64,000 nt of DNA from a virus. The notes beneath the pieces were generated by a model. It was given only the letters and a program-made list of their open reading frames with translations. It was not told the origin of the DNA and did no database searches. Shown piece after piece: positions 19,995 through 30,300 of the stretch; positions within the stretch are counted from its first letter, which is position 1, and every line of letters begins with the position of its first letter. The translations under genes and the position numbers were made by a program. Where the stretch lies: IMG/VR virus record IMGVR_UViG_3300045988_183796. One strand, written 5' to 3'.

Positions 19995-21032
19995 TCAGGC
20001 GACAGATGGGGTATCCGTTGCTGCGTCAAAGAGCAGTGTGCCTTCGCCGTTATAGCTTGCGTCGTTCAGAGCGGCGTAGATGTAGTCAATGAAATAGCCA
20101 TCATCACCATTGTAGGTGGACTTCATGGAGACAAGATTGCCGTTGTCATCATAGGTGTTCTCGAAGGTCTGTTCGAAGTTGCCCATCGTAGCATCTTTGC
20201 CCTGCTGTTTGGTCATATTACCATGCTCATCGTATTCGGTCGAGACCTCACTGCCCTGACCAAAATAATAAGTGGTCTTGTTGTCGCTCACGCGCTTGTG
20301 ATACACAATGTCATCTGCACCATCTTCGCTGACAGTCTCGATATACAGACTATCGACGTCCATCGTATCAAAGTCACGAGTCGTGGTCTGAACGCCACTG
20401 TCATTCGTGATAACCTCCGTAACAGGCAGCTCGTGGGTGTCATCATAGGTGTAGGCGGTGGAGTAGTTCAGATACTGCTCACCATCACTTACGGTGTAGG
20501 ACTCTTCGCTCAGTTTCCGGCCGTTGTCATCATAGGTATACTGGCACACGATGGAAGGATTGCCATCCTCATCATCGCGTTCAATCAGGTCCCCGTGGTC
20601 GTTAAAAACCTGAGTGTACAGATAGTTTTGCTCGCCATTGAGGTAGGAGGTCATTTTCAGGACATTGCCGTTCTCGTCCAGCTCTTTGATGGTAACGGGG
20701 TCCATATCACTTGCTTTGTCGATTTCACGCATGAAAACCTCATTGCCGTTCTCATCGTACTTATGGACGGTAACAACGCCATCTTCATCATCAGCGCTGT
20801 AGTGCATCGTTTCGGTGCTCAACAGCAGGTCCTCTGCAGCAGCTTCGTCTACATCAGTGACCTCGGAAGGCACTTCCTCCGGCGTAGTCTCCTCAACCAC
20901 AGAACTTTCAGCCGGGGCGGTAGAAGCTGCTTCGGACGAGGAAGCGGCAGGCTTCTGGGTAGCACATCCGGCAAGCATCAGGGCTGTGGCGGTTGCCATG
21001 GCAGCGGCAGCGGTCAAGTTTTTGTTTCTCAT
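19995..21032 (-). CDS. YD-repeat lipoprotein
   Basis: Lipobox LMLAGCAT after a signal peptide. Repeated YDENGN/YTYDDNGR/TYDDNGNL YD-type repeats. ATG at 21032 with RBS GAAGGAGAACG. Confidence 0.65.
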   Translation of the reverse strand: MRNKNLTAAAAMATATALMLAGCATQKPAASSSEAASTAPAESSVVEETTPEEVPSEVTDVDEAAAEDLLLSTETMHYSADDEDGVVTVHKYDENGNEVFMREIDKASDMDPVTIKELDENGNVLKMTSYLNGEQNYLYTQVFNDHGDLIERDDEDGNPSIVCQYTYDDNGRKLSEESYTVSDGEQYLNYSTAYTYDDTHELPVTEVITNDSGVQTTTRDFDTMDVDSLYIETVSEDGADDIVYHKRVSDNKTTYYFGQGSEVSTEYDEHGNMTKQQGKDATMGNFEQTFENTYDDNGNLVSMKSTYNGDDGYFIDYIYAALNDASYNGEGTLLFDAATDTPSVA

Positions 21033-21359
21033 GTTCTTTCGTTCTCCTTCGTTTGGATAGTTTTTGCACAAATACTTCAATGTAGTATTTGTTGTACATC
21101 TCCTATTGTATCTGGCTCGCATATCCCGGCAAGCAAACAAGCATTACAAATTGGTAACCATTCGTGCAGCTACTGAAAAAATCGCGAAATTTCTTCGATG
21201 ACTTCCGGTTGTAGTGTATTTGATTGGACTTCCAAATTCTATTTTATCCGCACATATTGCAACTTACGGTTGTATTTGCTATACTATTAACAACCAATTA
21301 CAACCAGCAGAACATAAATAACAACCAACAGGTGTTGCAGCGGACGGAGGAGGCCAATC

Positions 21360-22661
21360 GTGGCGAGTGAACGAATCATTCTTCATTGTGACATGAATTG
21401 CTTTTATGCAAGCGTGGAGATGGCCTATAACCCAAAGCTGCAGGGGAAGCCGATTGCAGTATGTGGTGACCCGGAAAGGCGAAACGGCATTGTGTTGACT
21501 GCCTCGTATCCGGCCAAACGGATGGGCGTGAAAACCGGGATGGCACTCTGGGAAGCGCAGCAGCATTGCCGTGACATCATCTTTGTTCCGGCTCATTATG
21601 ACCTTTATACTAGGTACAGTAAATACACCAGAGAAATCTTCTTGCGTTTCACAGACCAGGTCGAATCGTTTGGCTTAGATGAAGCATGGCTTGATTGTAC
21701 CGCAAGCCAGTCTCTTTTTGGCAGCGGGCAAAAGATAGCCAAGCAAATCTCCGACGCCGTGAAGGATGAACTCGGCATCACCTGTTCTATCGGCGTGAGC
21801 TGGAATAAAGTCTTTGCAAAGCTGGGGTCCGACTATAAGAAACCGGATGCCACCACCATCATATCAAGGTCAAACTGGAAAGATATCGTATTCCCGCTGC
21901 CTGCCACAGACCTTTTGTATGTTGGGTCCAGAACGGGAAAAAAGTTATCAAGCTACTGTATCCATACAATCGGTGATTTGGCGACTGCCAATCCAAACTT
22001 TCTGAAAGAAAAACTCGGGAAAATCGGCCCGATGCTTTGGGGATTCGCCAATGGCCTTGACACGGGAGCAGTGGCGAAATACGAGGGAAGGGAAGCTCAG
22101 GCACCTATCAAGAGCATCGGAAACAGCTGGACAACGCCACGGGACTTGAAGACTGACCGGGATGTCTGGATTGTTATTTATCTGCTCGCGGAAAGTGTCG
22201 CTGCGCGGCTCAGAGAGAATCATTTCCGTTGCCGAGGCGTGGAAGTGAGCCTCCGGGATTCCAGCCTTTTCAGTTTCGAGCGGCAAGTGAAGCTGTCTCA
22301 GCCAACGATGCAGGAAAAGGATATTGCGGAGGCAGCTTACCAGCTGTATAAGAAGAACTACCGGTGGAGTGAGCACCTACGCTCAGTTGGCGTGCGTGCC
22401 ATTGACCTGCGGCCAGATACGGAACCAAACCAGATATCTTTTGAGTACAGCGCCGAAAAGCAGGAAGAGACCGAGCGGCTTGAATCCGCGATTGACGGGA
22501 TACGGAACCGATTCGGGTATTACTCTGTGCAGCGAGCCGTCATGTACAAAGACCGGTTTCTCTCTCATTGTGATGCAAAGGGAGACCATACGATTCACCC
22601 ACATGGGTATTTACAGGGAAACACAGGGGAGCATCTAATCTATGTCAGAACCAAGAATTAA
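21360..22661 (+). CDS. Y-family DNA polymerase (DinB/UmuC-like)
   Basis: N-terminus ILHCDMNCFYASVE...GKPIAVCG and FGLDEAWLD catalytic motifs. GTG start after GGAGGAGGCCAATC. Confidence 0.85.
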   Translation: MASERIILHCDMNCFYASVEMAYNPKLQGKPIAVCGDPERRNGIVLTASYPAKRMGVKTGMALWEAQQHCRDIIFVPAHYDLYTRYSKYTREIFLRFTDQVESFGLDEAWLDCTASQSLFGSGQKIAKQISDAVKDELGITCSIGVSWNKVFAKLGSDYKKPDATTIISRSNWKDIVFPLPATDLLYVGSRTGKKLSSYCIHTIGDLATANPNFLKEKLGKIGPMLWGFANGLDTGAVAKYEGREAQAPIKSIGNSWTTPRDLKTDRDVWIVIYLLAESVAARLRENHFRCRGVEVSLRDSSLFSFERQVKLSQPTMQEKDIAEAAYQLYKKNYRWSEHLRSVGVRAIDLRPDTEPNQISFEYSAEKQEETERLESAIDGIRNRFGYYSVQRAVMYKDRFLSHCDAKGDHTIHPHGYLQGNTGEHLIYVRTKN

Positions 22662-22902
22662 GAAATATGTCGAGGTCATTGCCGATTTCTCTCCTGAAGG
22701 CATTTTGACACCGCAGACAGTCATCTGGGACACAGGCCAGAAATTTGACATCACCTGCATCTCAGAAGTATTGCCGCGTAAATACTCAAAGACCGGCGGC
22801 ATTGGGGTGCGCTATACCTGCCAGATAGGCAGAGCAAAAACATACCTATACTACGAAGTGGATAAATGGTTCGTCGAAGCAAAGGAGGGACAATGTGAAT
22901 AA
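22642..22902 (+). CDS. Small hypothetical protein (possibly a YolD-like accessory to the polymerase)
   Basis: Overlaps the end of the polymerase gene. 86 aa. Functional call is weak. Confidence 0.4.
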   Translation: MSEPRIKKYVEVIADFSPEGILTPQTVIWDTGQKFDITCISEVLPRKYSKTGGIGVRYTCQIGRAKTYLYYEVDKWFVEAKEGQCE

Positions 22903-23449
22903 TAAATACCGAGAGCAAACCTGCTGCTTTGTCGGGCACAAAGATATTCCGCCAGGAGAACAGCTTAAAATATTAGTCAGGGTAGAGCATCGGCTCATTC
23001 CACTCATTCAGCAGGGGGCCACCTATTTTGGCATCGGCGGTTCCTTAGGCTTCGATACCCTCATGGCAGACATGTTAATTTCCTTAAAAGCTGCGCATCC
23101 ACGGATTCGGATTATTGAGGTTTTGCCATTTGAGGGATACCGTTCTAAATGGAGCTTGGAACAGCAGCGGCACGCAGAGAAGATAGACAAACAGGTGGAT
23201 AAGATTGTCTATGCGGTGAAAGAGCCAAGCAGGGGAGTATATCTTTTAAGAGACCGGCATTTAGTGGATTGTTCTGCCTATTGCATCTCCTATTGTACTA
23301 GAAATACTGGAGGCACAGCATATACGGTAAAATACGCTCTGGAACATGGCGTAACGGTGTATAACGCTTCCAGTTTCGATGTGAGCGCCTTGCTTCAGGC
23401 TCAGCCGCTTGGGAAGAACGAACAGGTAGTGTCTTCGCACAAAATATGA
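22895..23449 (+). CDS. DUF1273/SLOG (YpsA-like) protein
   Basis: TCCFVGHKDIP signature of the YpsA/DUF1273 family. Overlaps the upstream stop. Confidence 0.7.
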   Translation: MNNKYREQTCCFVGHKDIPPGEQLKILVRVEHRLIPLIQQGATYFGIGGSLGFDTLMADMLISLKAAHPRIRIIEVLPFEGYRSKWSLEQQRHAEKIDKQVDKIVYAVKEPSRGVYLLRDRHLVDCSAYCISYCTRNTGGTAYTVKYALEHGVTVYNASSFDVSALLQAQPLGKNEQVVSSHKI

Positions 23450-23790
23450 GGGAGATTTCCTGGCGTTTGGAGAAATACCCATAGGACTTTGAGCTTTGCT
23501 GCACAAAAACAAGCCTCCGCTCTTTGGCGGGGGCTCTTCTTGTATTCTCAAAAACGTTGAATTTAATTTCACTGAATTCCGATTCAGCATTATTTGGCGT
23601 GGCTCAGCTTGGCCCGGCAGCACGATACCATGGCGGCCGAACACAATGATTCTCCAGAACGGAATTCTCGACATTCGGTGCGAATCGTATATAATCTAAA
23701 TAATAAAACAGTATAGGAATATAGCTAAGCCGCCAAGCGAGTGAAATCGTTTGGTGGCTTTTCTTTTTGCTACGGAAAAGTAGATATTGT

Positions 23791-23875
23791 ACTTGTCATG
23801 AGCTTGTTGCATACTTGCTACGAACTTGCTAAAAACTTGCTAAGCACTTGCTACGCTTTACCTCGAAGCAAGTTC
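23791..23875. repeat. Iteron-like array: about five direct repeats of ACTTGCTA at 11-bp spacing plus one inverted copy
   Basis: atacttgctacg / aacttgctaaa / aacttgctaag / cacttgctacg, then gaagcaagtt. Read directly from the sequence. Confidence 0.65.
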
Positions 23876-24373
23876 ATTTTTTTGCGCGAAAGAATATCGG
23901 ATAAGTGACGCTTCCTACTCGTATGACCGAGAGAAAACATGCAAAGACTCTACCATTCTGGTAGGGCTTTTTTGCTGCCCAAAAAGTTGGAAAAATGTCG
24001 CAAGCGAGCCGCTGAAACCTCAGAATTTTGTCGCAGCCTTTCCGAATATGAGATGTATCTCACAAAAGCGAAATGCGCTGCTTCGTATCTGTGGTGAGAC
24101 AATCGGAACAGGCGAATAGCAAAATCTCAGCTGCCGCAAATGCTGTCAAGTTCAAATCACAACTCCCAAAAGTCTCGTTTGGGAAAGCCTGCATTAAAAG
24201 TTTCGTTCTGGGAAATGCAGAGGGGAAAGGAAAATGTCGAAGCATATATGCACTGATTTTCTTCTTGCTATTTGTGCAATCCGCTCAAATTGGCGATAAA
24301 TATTCCCAAAATAAATAAGTCAAAGTGCTTTTGGTGTATAATGGCTCTGACAAACAGAAAAAAGGAGAACACT

Positions 24374-25456
24374 ATGAAAAAGGTTGTATCATTAGCACTT
24401 TCGACTTTGCTCGTCCTCTCGTTGGCTGCCTGCGGCAAGGCGAATAGTTCCGCTGCAACAGCCGCAAGTGAATCCAAGTCAAGTGCTTCGTCAAATAGCA
24501 CTTCCAATAGCACGCAAGATTACAGCCCTGACGGGATTAAAGTAGGAGAGACATATACTACAGAAGACGGCAAAACATATGAAAGGGTGTGGAACGGCAC
24601 AGGCAGCGATTTACCTACGCCGTCCCCCGAACCCAAAATTACATACGATAATGATTTCCAGGCACAGACACTTGTTGATAATGAAGAATGCACCATTATC
24701 TTGCAGAGCGTCGGTTACGATGATGATTACGGCTATTATTGGAAGCTTTATTTCAAGAATAAGACATCAGATAAAAAACTCGGTTACTCGTTTGATGACT
24801 GCACATTGAATGGCGTGGGTGCGAGCCTTTGGCTTACGAGTGTTGAACCTGGTCAAGAGGAAACGGAGATTCATCATTGGGAAAGTTCCGGGCTTAAAAT
24901 TTATAACATCAATCCGCAGGATATCAATACGGTAAGTTTTTATCTCGATGTCTATAACGAATTAGATTATGATGTTATCCCACGGCATGACTTTGTTGAT
25001 GACGATTTCGTGGTTTATCCAAAAGGGGAAGAAAACGCAACCGAGCCAAAGCATGAAACCCAACCCACAGACCTCGTACTGGCCGACAATGACGCTTGCA
25101 CTCTGATGATTTGTGGATTTGACCCCGATGGCCTGCACGGTTATACGACCAAAGCTTACATAGAAAACAAAACAGATAAAGAAATCATGCTTGCCTTTAG
25201 AAGTGGAGGTTCCATAAATGGCTTTGAGTGCTTCCCTGAAACAGATACAATGGGAATTGATGCGCACACTAATGCCTATGTAGACATCTACTATTACGAT
25301 TATTTAGATACTTATGAGGCCAACGGTAAAGACCCCACCTCTATCACCGAAATGGTGATGCCAATCGTTATAAACAATTTCAATACTCGGGACATCTATG
25401 TAGATGAGACTTTCACTATTAACCCTCAGACAAATTCCGTGACAACATCGAAATAA
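24374..25456 (+). CDS. Lipoprotein, paralog 1 of a tandem pair
   Basis: MKKVVSLALSTLLVLSLAACG lipobox. Extended -10 TGTATAAT upstream. About 45% identity to the next gene. Confidence 0.7.
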   Translation: MKKVVSLALSTLLVLSLAACGKANSSAATAASESKSSASSNSTSNSTQDYSPDGIKVGETYTTEDGKTYERVWNGTGSDLPTPSPEPKITYDNDFQAQTLVDNEECTIILQSVGYDDDYGYYWKLYFKNKTSDKKLGYSFDDCTLNGVGASLWLTSVEPGQEETEIHHWESSGLKIYNINPQDINTVSFYLDVYNELDYDVIPRHDFVDDDFVVYPKGEENATEPKHETQPTDLVLADNDACTLMICGFDPDGLHGYTTKAYIENKTDKEIMLAFRSGGSINGFECFPETDTMGIDAHTNAYVDIYYYDYLDTYEANGKDPTSITEMVMPIVINNFNTRDIYVDETFTINPQTNSVTTSK

Positions 25457-25613
25457 TTTGACGCCCTCCTGCGATTAAAATTATTAACTTTCCCGGGCAT
25501 CGTTTGCGACTTTGTAAGTAAAGGTTTCGTTCTGGGAAAACACGGTGGAAAAGTAAAATGTCGAAGCGCTTTTGATGTATAATAGCCTTATACAAAGAAA
25601 AAAGGAGAAAATC

Positions 25614-26636
25614 ATGAAAAAGGTTGTATCATTAGCACTTTCGGCTTTGCTTGTACTTTCCCTGGCCGCCTGTAGCAGCTCTAACACTACCAGTACTGCT
25701 GCCAGCAGTGCAGCTACATCTGATGCTGCATCCTCCGAGGAAAGCACCAGCGACTCTTCAACGAGTACTGCAAGTAGTGCTGCCGATAATGCAACGGCTG
25801 AACCCGACATCCAGTTCGATGAGAGCTTCCAGCCACAGACGATTGCCGACAACGATACCTGTACCATCATCTTGCAGAACGTGGGTTATGATGACAGCTA
25901 TGGCTACTACTGGACCGTTGATTTCCAAAATAAAACGGATGACAAAACTCTTTGCGCTATCACAAGCAGCTCGTCCTTGAATGGAATCCCGGCAGATACC
26001 AGTTGGTTCCCGGAAATTGGACCAGGAGTGAAAACCACCGAGGTCGTTTCGTGGGATAAAGCAGGACTGGAAATCTATGGAGTGAAACCGCAAGACATCG
26101 ATACCGTCAAACTTCACATCGATGTCTATGATGAAGCAGAATGGGATGTGTCGAATCGTGATGACCCTGTCGATGATGACTTTGTGATTTATCCGAAAGG
26201 TGAAGAGAAAGCGACAGAACCAAAACACGAGATTCAGCCCACGGATATTGTGCTGTTCGACAATAATGCCTGCAGCATGGTCGTTTGCGGATTTTATTCT
26301 GATAGTTTCATGGGCTACACGGCAAAAGCCTACTATCAGAATAAGACAGATGACCGTATCGACATTATTCTGGATAAAGGCTCCATCAATGGCTTTGAGT
26401 GTACCCCGGGAGGAACAACATTGCTGGAACCACATTCTAATGCCTACGTGGATATCCGTTGGCAGGAATATGCCGAAACCTACGCAGAAAATGGCAATGA
26501 CCCAACATCCATCACAGAAATTGTAATGCCAGTTTTTGTGAGAAAAGACACAGGGAGCAATACGGTATACATTGACGCCACTTATTCCATTGACTCACAA
26601 GCAAGAACAGCAACGCCGATAGTGAATCCCCAATGA
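25614..26636 (+). CDS. Lipoprotein, paralog 2 of a tandem pair
   Basis: MKKVVSLALSALLVLSLAACS lipobox. Duplicated leader (tttcgttctgggaaa...aaaatgtcgaagc...tgtataat) as in paralog 1. Confidence 0.7.
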   Translation: MKKVVSLALSALLVLSLAACSSSNTTSTAASSAATSDAASSEESTSDSSTSTASSAADNATAEPDIQFDESFQPQTIADNDTCTIILQNVGYDDSYGYYWTVDFQNKTDDKTLCAITSSSSLNGIPADTSWFPEIGPGVKTTEVVSWDKAGLEIYGVKPQDIDTVKLHIDVYDEAEWDVSNRDDPVDDDFVIYPKGEEKATEPKHEIQPTDIVLFDNNACSMVVCGFYSDSFMGYTAKAYYQNKTDDRIDIILDKGSINGFECTPGGTTLLEPHSNAYVDIRWQEYAETYAENGNDPTSITEIVMPVFVRKDTGSNTVYIDATYSIDSQARTATPIVNPQ

Positions 26637-26746
26637 TAGCCGCATAATTTTCCAAAGCCAAATAAATTCTTTGGAAAACAGCAAAACTTTTCTGAGTTCA
26701 AAAAACTTTTAGTATTTTTGGGAAAAGTTTTCTGGAACGGAAAAAA

Positions 26747-26780
26747 TTAAAGCGCTCACCATCTTCGGTGGGCGCTTTCG
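26747..26780. terminator. Bidirectional terminator between convergent genes
   Basis: agcgctcaccatcttcggtgggcgct with T-runs on both strands. Confidence 0.55.
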
Positions 26781-26783
26781 TGT

Positions 26784-28313
26784 TTATTCTTCAGTTTTCT
26801 TTTTCAGCCACTGCCTTCTAACGAACGGTGTTACATAGGTTTCATCACTCTTCAGCTCATAGCCATAGCTTTCAGCTATCATGGTAGCACGTTCACTCGC
26901 TTTCTGCCCGGCAGGCAGGCGACGAATAAAACCATTGATGTTCTTGGACGAAGCATCATACTTGGACTTGTCGAACACCCGCAGCGGCTCGTCGTCATCA
27001 TTGCCTTTCTTGCGATAATCGCGGGGCTTTCCGCCAATCATCAGACAACGAATCCTGAATGGAGCATCCGCGTGTGTCACAAACGAAGACCGGAACGACG
27101 CATCAGTGGGCAGGACATCCGGCAAATCACAGGCGAGAGAAGTGTACAGCCAGAGAATCAGATTCGTGACGCTGTCAACCAGCTCTGGAAATTGAGCTCG
27201 GTCAGTCAAAATATAAAACCACTCGGTGCTTGTGTTATAGTATCCGGCCAGGTCACCGAACTTGGTTACGATTTTATACAGACACACAATCTCGTTGTCG
27301 CGGCAAGTCTCTTTCAGCTTAATTTCCTGTATCAGCTGGCAGGCATCAAACTGAAACAATGCACCGTTGGCGGGAAGAGTTCTGCGGCGATGGTGCAGCG
27401 TATCTTTCAAAAACTCTGTCGTATATTTGGGTGAGATGGGCTTTGGCCACCAGGACCACATGTTCGGAGTATTCTCAATCAGCGGCTTGTCCGGCAGCAT
27501 GTCCACGGTATACTCGTTCACATAGGTAGCCATCGAAAGGACTGTGTTCGTATACAGATGTGAGAGCAAAGCGAGGTTGTTGATGCTGTCGAAGTCGGCA
27601 ACGTCCTCATAACCATAACGCTTGTAGTACGAAAAGACCATATCCAGACGTCTATCTTCAGAAATCTGAGAATCGCATTTGTCGTATGGCCGATTGTTGA
27701 AAAGAGCATCACTATAATAGACAGGAACATCGGCGAGGGGATAGGGGTCCCGAATAATGATTGGCTCGTTCTCAGTTGAGATACCGACAATGTTGTTCAC
27801 AATATCGAATTCCTGAGGCTTGAGGTATTCGCTCCCCTGCATCAGCATATCGATTACCGCGTACAAGACAGAATCATTACGTTCCACAATTCCGTCAATG
27901 GTCAAACCTAAATGAACGCATTCCTGCGCATAAGCAATAGCCTTAAAATACAGAGCATAGTCCTTATTCTTCTTGATGGGCTTTGTGAGCTCCTGCAAGA
28001 ACCGATGATATCCCTTGATGAATTTATCAGAGTTCGCCATGGCGAGCTCTATCTGAGAGTTAACGGCCTCAATAAGAGGTTTGCACTCCTCAGCTCCACG
28101 GGCCAGGTGAAAGAGGAAAGTAGATGCTTTCCCAAAATCCATGTCATGCAATGTCGTCGCAACCTGGCAAGCGCTGGACAGGGTTCTTCTCTGAAATACC
28201 CAGATAGACTCGCCTTTGCTCCGATACTTCTTATCCCATACCGGTACGTATTTATCGACTAGGGCATTACCGAAATCTTCCTGCACTGCCAAAACACCAT
28301 TTTCGTTCTGCAC
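26784..28313 (-). CDS. Large hypothetical protein (509 aa), downstream partner of the HD-domain gene
   Basis: Long ORF with coding-like composition and no motif I recognise. Lies 73 nt downstream of the HD gene on the same strand. Confidence 0.6.
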   Translation of the reverse strand: MQNENGVLAVQEDFGNALVDKYVPVWDKKYRSKGESIWVFQRRTLSSACQVATTLHDMDFGKASTFLFHLARGAEECKPLIEAVNSQIELAMANSDKFIKGYHRFLQELTKPIKKNKDYALYFKAIAYAQECVHLGLTIDGIVERNDSVLYAVIDMLMQGSEYLKPQEFDIVNNIVGISTENEPIIIRDPYPLADVPVYYSDALFNNRPYDKCDSQISEDRRLDMVFSYYKRYGYEDVADFDSINNLALLSHLYTNTVLSMATYVNEYTVDMLPDKPLIENTPNMWSWWPKPISPKYTTEFLKDTLHHRRRTLPANGALFQFDACQLIQEIKLKETCRDNEIVCLYKIVTKFGDLAGYYNTSTEWFYILTDRAQFPELVDSVTNLILWLYTSLACDLPDVLPTDASFRSSFVTHADAPFRIRCLMIGGKPRDYRKKGNDDDEPLRVFDKSKYDASSKNINGFIRRLPAGQKASERATMIAESYGYELKSDETYVTPFVRRQWLKKKTEE

Positions 28314-28386
28314 AGTATCCTCCTCATAGTTTCAGCTGCCCTACACAGCTCTGCGCAGTGGGCAGTAGTTTGTGGGCCATCTCGTT

Positions 28387-29721
28387 TCAAAAATACTTGG
28401 GGTCCACGGCCCGCATCCCGAACCGCACACGGTCCAGGGCATCTGCGTCTTTCAGAATCGTATACAGCAGCCACACCCGTTCTTTGTCCCGGATATTGGA
28501 TGCTTTGAGGTCTGCAAGAGCCTTGCGGTCATCCAAGCAATGATACTCGATGAGGAAAGCAGTTGCCGGATTGCAGTCGGAGTCTGCGTCATAATAAATG
28601 TCCCTGGACTTTGCTCCGTGACTGTCATCGACATCATCATTCGTCCGCCCAATATCATGATAAAGAATCGCATCACATAGCTGGTGGGATTCTTTTTTTG
28701 TTAAGGCAATGCCCTGAACCTGAACCAAAAGCAGCGCATCAAAGAGAACTCGCAGCGTATGCTCGGCGTCGTGCTCCTCGTCATCAATCCGGCCATAATC
28801 ATCGTACAGTGCGGAGATACGGCTCCGGTAGCACTGATAGAGCGAATAAAACGCTGGGATTTTGTCTGCCAGAGCGTCGATACCGTAAAGTGTATCAATC
28901 TTGACTTCATTTATAGCAGCTGGTGAAATGAGAACTTCTTTTTCTTCATCACGCGAAAAGTATTCGATGATATCACTTTTGTTGACGTGAGCAGTTATGA
29001 TTCTGCTGTTATCAACACTTGGAATACGACAGGCAAAGAAACAGGCTGCCTTGTAGCTTGTGGTCCAGGAGAAAGATTTCTCGTATGGAGTTGACTTACT
29101 CCCTTCCCCACGATAGATGGTCACAATATCCGGCAGGCTGGATAGCTTCTTTTCAGTGTCCTGCTTTTGCTTCTGAGACTTTCCAGAAAAGACTTTCTGA
29201 AGGTTATCCTCTTTGAGAGCCGAGAACCCAAAATCACTGGTACGATAGAAGTCCAGAAAAAGCGCGTATAGATTCTCACCCGGACTGGACAACTCAATGT
29301 ATTTAGAAAGAACCGATACACGCAGGCTGTCTTCCAGGGAAAAGAGGTAGCTGCGAATGAAGGGGGCGTTTCCCGATGAGATTTTCTCGGCCCTATCCAG
29401 AACTCTCTGCTGAAACTTTTCGTCCGATTCGCCGTTCACAGCCAAGCGTTTGTCTCCATAAATGTTCAGAGAAAGAACAATAGGAATTATCGGATTGTTA
29501 AGCTCACAATAATATAGCGATGCCAGCATATTGTGCGTAGCATAGATTCTGGCGACAGGAAGCCTCGGATACTTCTTAGCAAATTCGTTGGCCGTTATGC
29601 CGACACTGTAGCCTTCTTTGTAGTACCGTTCGATATCTGCGCTTGTTTTCACTGCTGTAAGGGGAAGCATCGTGTCGAGATTTGCTTGATTTATTTGTAT
29701 CAGGATATCTCCGATTGTCAT
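28387..29721 (-). CDS. HD-domain phosphohydrolase-like protein with an N-terminal domain of unknown function
   Basis: C-terminal H...HD...D motifs (EHTLRVLF, YHDIGR, LKDADALDRV). Start chosen at MTIGDI because the extended -10 TGGTATAAT lies inside the longer ORF. Confidence 0.65.
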   Translation of the reverse strand: MTIGDILIQINQANLDTMLPLTAVKTSADIERYYKEGYSVGITANEFAKKYPRLPVARIYATHNMLASLYYCELNNPIIPIVLSLNIYGDKRLAVNGESDEKFQQRVLDRAEKISSGNAPFIRSYLFSLEDSLRVSVLSKYIELSSPGENLYALFLDFYRTSDFGFSALKEDNLQKVFSGKSQKQKQDTEKKLSSLPDIVTIYRGEGSKSTPYEKSFSWTTSYKAACFFACRIPSVDNSRIITAHVNKSDIIEYFSRDEEKEVLISPAAINEVKIDTLYGIDALADKIPAFYSLYQCYRSRISALYDDYGRIDDEEHDAEHTLRVLFDALLLVQVQGIALTKKESHQLCDAILYHDIGRTNDDVDDSHGAKSRDIYYDADSDCNPATAFLIEYHCLDDRKALADLKASNIRDKERVWLLYTILKDADALDRVRFGMRAVDPKYF

Positions 29722-29892
29722 AATTCTTTTCTTTCTACATTTCTTTACAAATGCATTATACCATATTTTGGTGATTACAGGGCTAAATCGCAAAATCGTT
29801 CATGAATGCTTTACTTTTGCAATGTGTTGGCGTTAACGACCTGCGCGTCCAGATACGCAACACTTTCTAAGGGGTCGCGTGAGGCTCGAACG

Positions 29893-30300
29893 TCAGATTC
29901 TCATTAGAAGTTCTGTCGGAGTAAATGCGACTACTTTGCTTCTTGTGAAATCACGAACGTTTCTCGTAATAATATAATCGGCATGAATTTGTTCTGCAGT
30001 AGCACTTTGAACTGCATCTTCAAAATCCTTCCAGTTCATTTCAACAGCTTTTGAAAGAATAGAAGAACTGAAATCAGCAAATTCAAAAATCAAACACAGT
30101 TTGTGATATACTTCTTCGATTTTATCGGAAGTGAGTTCTTTTCGGAGAATATACATAATATTTGCGAAGGATAGCGTGGAAATATAGCCTTTTGCTTGCT
30201 CTGTTTCGCATAGCTTCCATATCATCGCGGATTCCTTCACAAAGTTTTCTCGGTTTTGCAATACATCCAATACGATGTTAGCGTCAATCAGTAAGGTCAT
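29893..30300 (-). CDS. PIN-domain toxin (VapC-like)
   Basis: MTLLIDANIVLD..., with acidic residues in PIN positions. Overlaps the antitoxin gene by 17 nt. Confidence 0.8.
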   Translation of the reverse strand: MTLLIDANIVLDVLQNRENFVKESAMIWKLCETEQAKGYISTLSFANIMYILRKELTSDKIEEVYHKLCLIFEFADFSSSILSKAVEMNWKDFEDAVQSATAEQIHADYIITRNVRDFTRSKVVAFTPTELLMRI

